Source: Selaginella moellendorffii
Lineage: Eukaryota; Plantae; Lycopodiophyta
Reading direction: 5' to 3'
Assembly (NCBI RefSeq): GCF_000143415.4
Contig: NW_003314318.1
Span: 124,001 to 188,000 of the forward strand
Length of the DNA: 64,000 bases
Shown here: positions 61,654 through 64,000 of the stretch, in pieces
Position numbering within the stretch: the first letter of the stretch is position 1
Layout: every line of letters starts with the position of its first letter
Made by a program: the position numbers and the translations under genes
The notes under the pieces: generated by a model
What the model was told of the DNA's origin: nothing
Database searches by the model: none
What the model saw: the letters and a program-made list of their open reading frames with translations, nothing else

Positions 61654-62214
61654 TGCCGTAGATCTTCCTCACATCCACCTCAAAACCCTTTCTCCAGAGC
61701 TCCGGCAGCCGGATCGCCGGAAGAAACCAGCTTATCGACTGCCGAATTCGCTGCGCTCCAAGGATCTTGTGCGATGCGCCTGGATCGATGGCGCCTACCT
61801 GCCTCGCCTGCCGGATCCTGGAACCCTAGGACGCAATAAAAGAGAGGGAAAAGAATGGAGGCCGGCCCAACACACACAAACGTTAGCCTAGCATTAGAAA
61901 TGCCGAAATCTAATGACCTTGTTCTTCCCAGGCGGCGCACAGCCGTCGATGCACCGCATCCGACGCTCCAGATCGTGTCACGGCCCTCGGCGGTGCCATT
62001 TGGGCCACAAGCATTTGGTGGCCGCTCTGGTTGTACGGAGTGGCCCATCGAGATACTTTATTCTTTTTTTCTTGCTATGAGAGGCCATGGAAATCGCAAA
62101 CGCTGGCGTGTAGTTTTCTCGATCACGACCAATAGCTAAGGGGACTTCGCTTTCACTGAAGAACAAGAGCTAATTTTTCTTGGTGGGTCGACTGTCGATC
62201 TCTTCGGGAAAACG

Positions 62215-63861
62215 ATGATGGTGGTGTTTGATCCAGGCAGCCTTACTGCCAATCCCCAACTCCAGCAAGCCCTCGCCCGAATGGAGCAAGATCGATCAAT
62301 CGACTACACGGACTACGCAAAACTCCTCAAGCAGTGTGGAGATTCCAAATCCCTCGAGGACGGAAGGCTCGTCCACACGCACATCCAAACCAATGGCCAC
62401 GTCCACAACAGATTCCTCACGAACCACGTCATTCACATGTACGGAAGATGCGGCAGTGTGGAAGATGCCCGCAAGGTCTTTGATTCCATGTCCGCCCCAA
62501 ACGCGCATTCCTGGAATATCATGATCACGGCATATGCCCAGAACGGGCATCTTAACGAGGCGAGATGCCTCTTCGCCCAGATGCCCGACCTGGATGTTGT
62601 CACATGGAACGGAATGATCACGGCCTATTCTCAGAACGGGCATCCCAGAGATGCCCTCGGGATCTACTTCACCATGAACTTGGAGGGTCTCCGGCCCAAC
62701 AAGGTGACGCTCATCACCATTCTAAACGCGTGCTCCAAGCTCGGGGATTGGCACCAGGGCAGGATCCTCCACGACCAGATCGTCACCACCGGGTACCTCG
62801 CTGACGTCATGGTCGCGACTGCGCTGCTCGACATGCACGGAAAATGCGGCCGTACAGAGTACGCGAGGCGTGTGTTTGATGCGATGCCGGGCAAGAACGA
62901 GGTATCTTGGAGCGCCATGATATCGGCATATGCCGTGAACGGGCATATGCTCCAAGCTGGGAATCTTTTCCGTGCGCTGCCCGAGTGGAACGTGGTGGCG
63001 GCCACGGCCATGGTCCAGGGATATGCCCTGAAAGGGAATCTCGACACGGCCAAGGGAATGTTCGACGAGATGCCGTGGAGGAACGCTATCTCGTGGAATG
63101 CCCTCATGGCGGGATATGCCCAGAATGGGCAGGGCGACACGGCCGTCGATCTATTCCGGCGCATGGATCTGGACGGTGCACAGCCGTGTACGGTATCGGC
63201 CGTCATCGCCGTGGACGCTTGCACGGACACGGGCGCCATGGCTCAGGGCCGTGCCGTACATTGGAGCCTCCGCGAGTGTGGGATGGACGCCGACGTAGCG
63301 GTCGCGAATTCTCTCGTGAATTTCTTCGTGCGCTGCGGCCGGATCGACGAGGCGATGGGGATTTTCGGGGGAATCCGGCGCAAGAATGTGGTATCGTGGA
63401 CGGGCGTGATGATCGCCTTCGCACAGCAGGGCGATGTCGATGAGGCGATGCGCGTCTTCTTCGTGATGCAAGCCGAGGGAGTGGAAGCGGACGAGATCGC
63501 CTTCATGATAATCCTGGGCGCTTGCAGCCACAGCGGCGTTCTAGAGGATGGAATCCACTGCTTCACCTCCCTGGTCCAGGATTACAAGATCCGGCCGGAG
63601 CTGGATCACTACCTGTGCATGATCGATCTCCTGGGGCGATCGGGGCTGCTGTTCGAGGCCGAGGATCTCATCAACACGATGCCGTTCGAGCCCGATGCGG
63701 TGGCGTGGAGGATCTTGCTCAATGCGTGCCAGATGCATGGGAAATCCGAGGATGGAGCCGCGGCGGCGATGGAGCTCTTTGGCATCAATGGCAAGGAGCG
63801 AAGCTCCTCGCCATACGTGATGATTTCAAATATGTGGAGGAAGAAGTCCAAGAAACCCTAG
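62215..63861 (+). CDS. PLS-class PPR protein with partial E domain
   Basis: Single exon; MYGRCGSVEDARKVFD, ACSHSG, HYLCMIDLLGRSG, MPFEPDAVAWRILLNAC; no DYW. Confidence 0.93.
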   Translation: MMVVFDPGSLTANPQLQQALARMEQDRSIDYTDYAKLLKQCGDSKSLEDGRLVHTHIQTNGHVHNRFLTNHVIHMYGRCGSVEDARKVFDSMSAPNAHSWNIMITAYAQNGHLNEARCLFAQMPDLDVVTWNGMITAYSQNGHPRDALGIYFTMNLEGLRPNKVTLITILNACSKLGDWHQGRILHDQIVTTGYLADVMVATALLDMHGKCGRTEYARRVFDAMPGKNEVSWSAMISAYAVNGHMLQAGNLFRALPEWNVVAATAMVQGYALKGNLDTAKGMFDEMPWRNAISWNALMAGYAQNGQGDTAVDLFRRMDLDGAQPCTVSAVIAVDACTDTGAMAQGRAVHWSLRECGMDADVAVANSLVNFFVRCGRIDEAMGIFGGIRRKNVVSWTGVMIAFAQQGDVDEAMRVFFVMQAEGVEADEIAFMIILGACSHSGVLEDGIHCFTSLVQDYKIRPELDHYLCMIDLLGRSGLLFEAEDLINTMPFEPDAVAWRILLNACQMHGKSEDGAAAAMELFGINGKERSSSPYVMISNMWRKKSKKP

Positions 63862-64000
63862 CGCGCTGGCGATGGCGATGGCGGAGGAAGATTTTGGCGA
63901 CGCGGAGCTCTGGGCCGCGATCGACAGCGCCGCTGCTGCGAGGTATGGCGGGGACAGATCGATTGTTGTTTCCTCTCGATTCCAGCAGCAGCAATCTCCT

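Overview
Eukaryotic, intron-containing plant genomic DNA. The very short introns (about 50-60 nt), tight gene packing, PLS-class PPR genes and a PebA-lineage bilin reductase point to a lycophyte such as Selaginella (inference). Two gene-rich arms flank a ~15 kb nest of LTR retrotransposons (24.4-39.6 kb, with two N gaps). The left arm holds an LTR-like element with ~465-bp inverted termini, three related cytochrome P450 copies (frameshifted, intact, scrambled), a likely damaged zinc-finger-like gene, an orphan secreted 8-Cys protein with a W-box-rich promoter plus its eroded duplicate, AP-3 beta adaptin, a GT47 exostosin, an uncharacterised plastid-type gene and DIS3L2/SOV. The right arm holds NFXL2, a PUBS/PebA-like ferredoxin-dependent bilin reductase, two PPR genes, a divergent MRS2 Mg transporter, a D-box-like protein and MOR1. 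The standout is a three-exon gene (50374-51516) for a signal-peptide-bearing jacalin-plus-aerolysin-type protein resembling fish Dln1/natterin-like toxins and fern/lycophyte insecticidal proteins; the ORF track shows it only as unconnected fragments. All homology calls come from recalled family motifs, not database searches.
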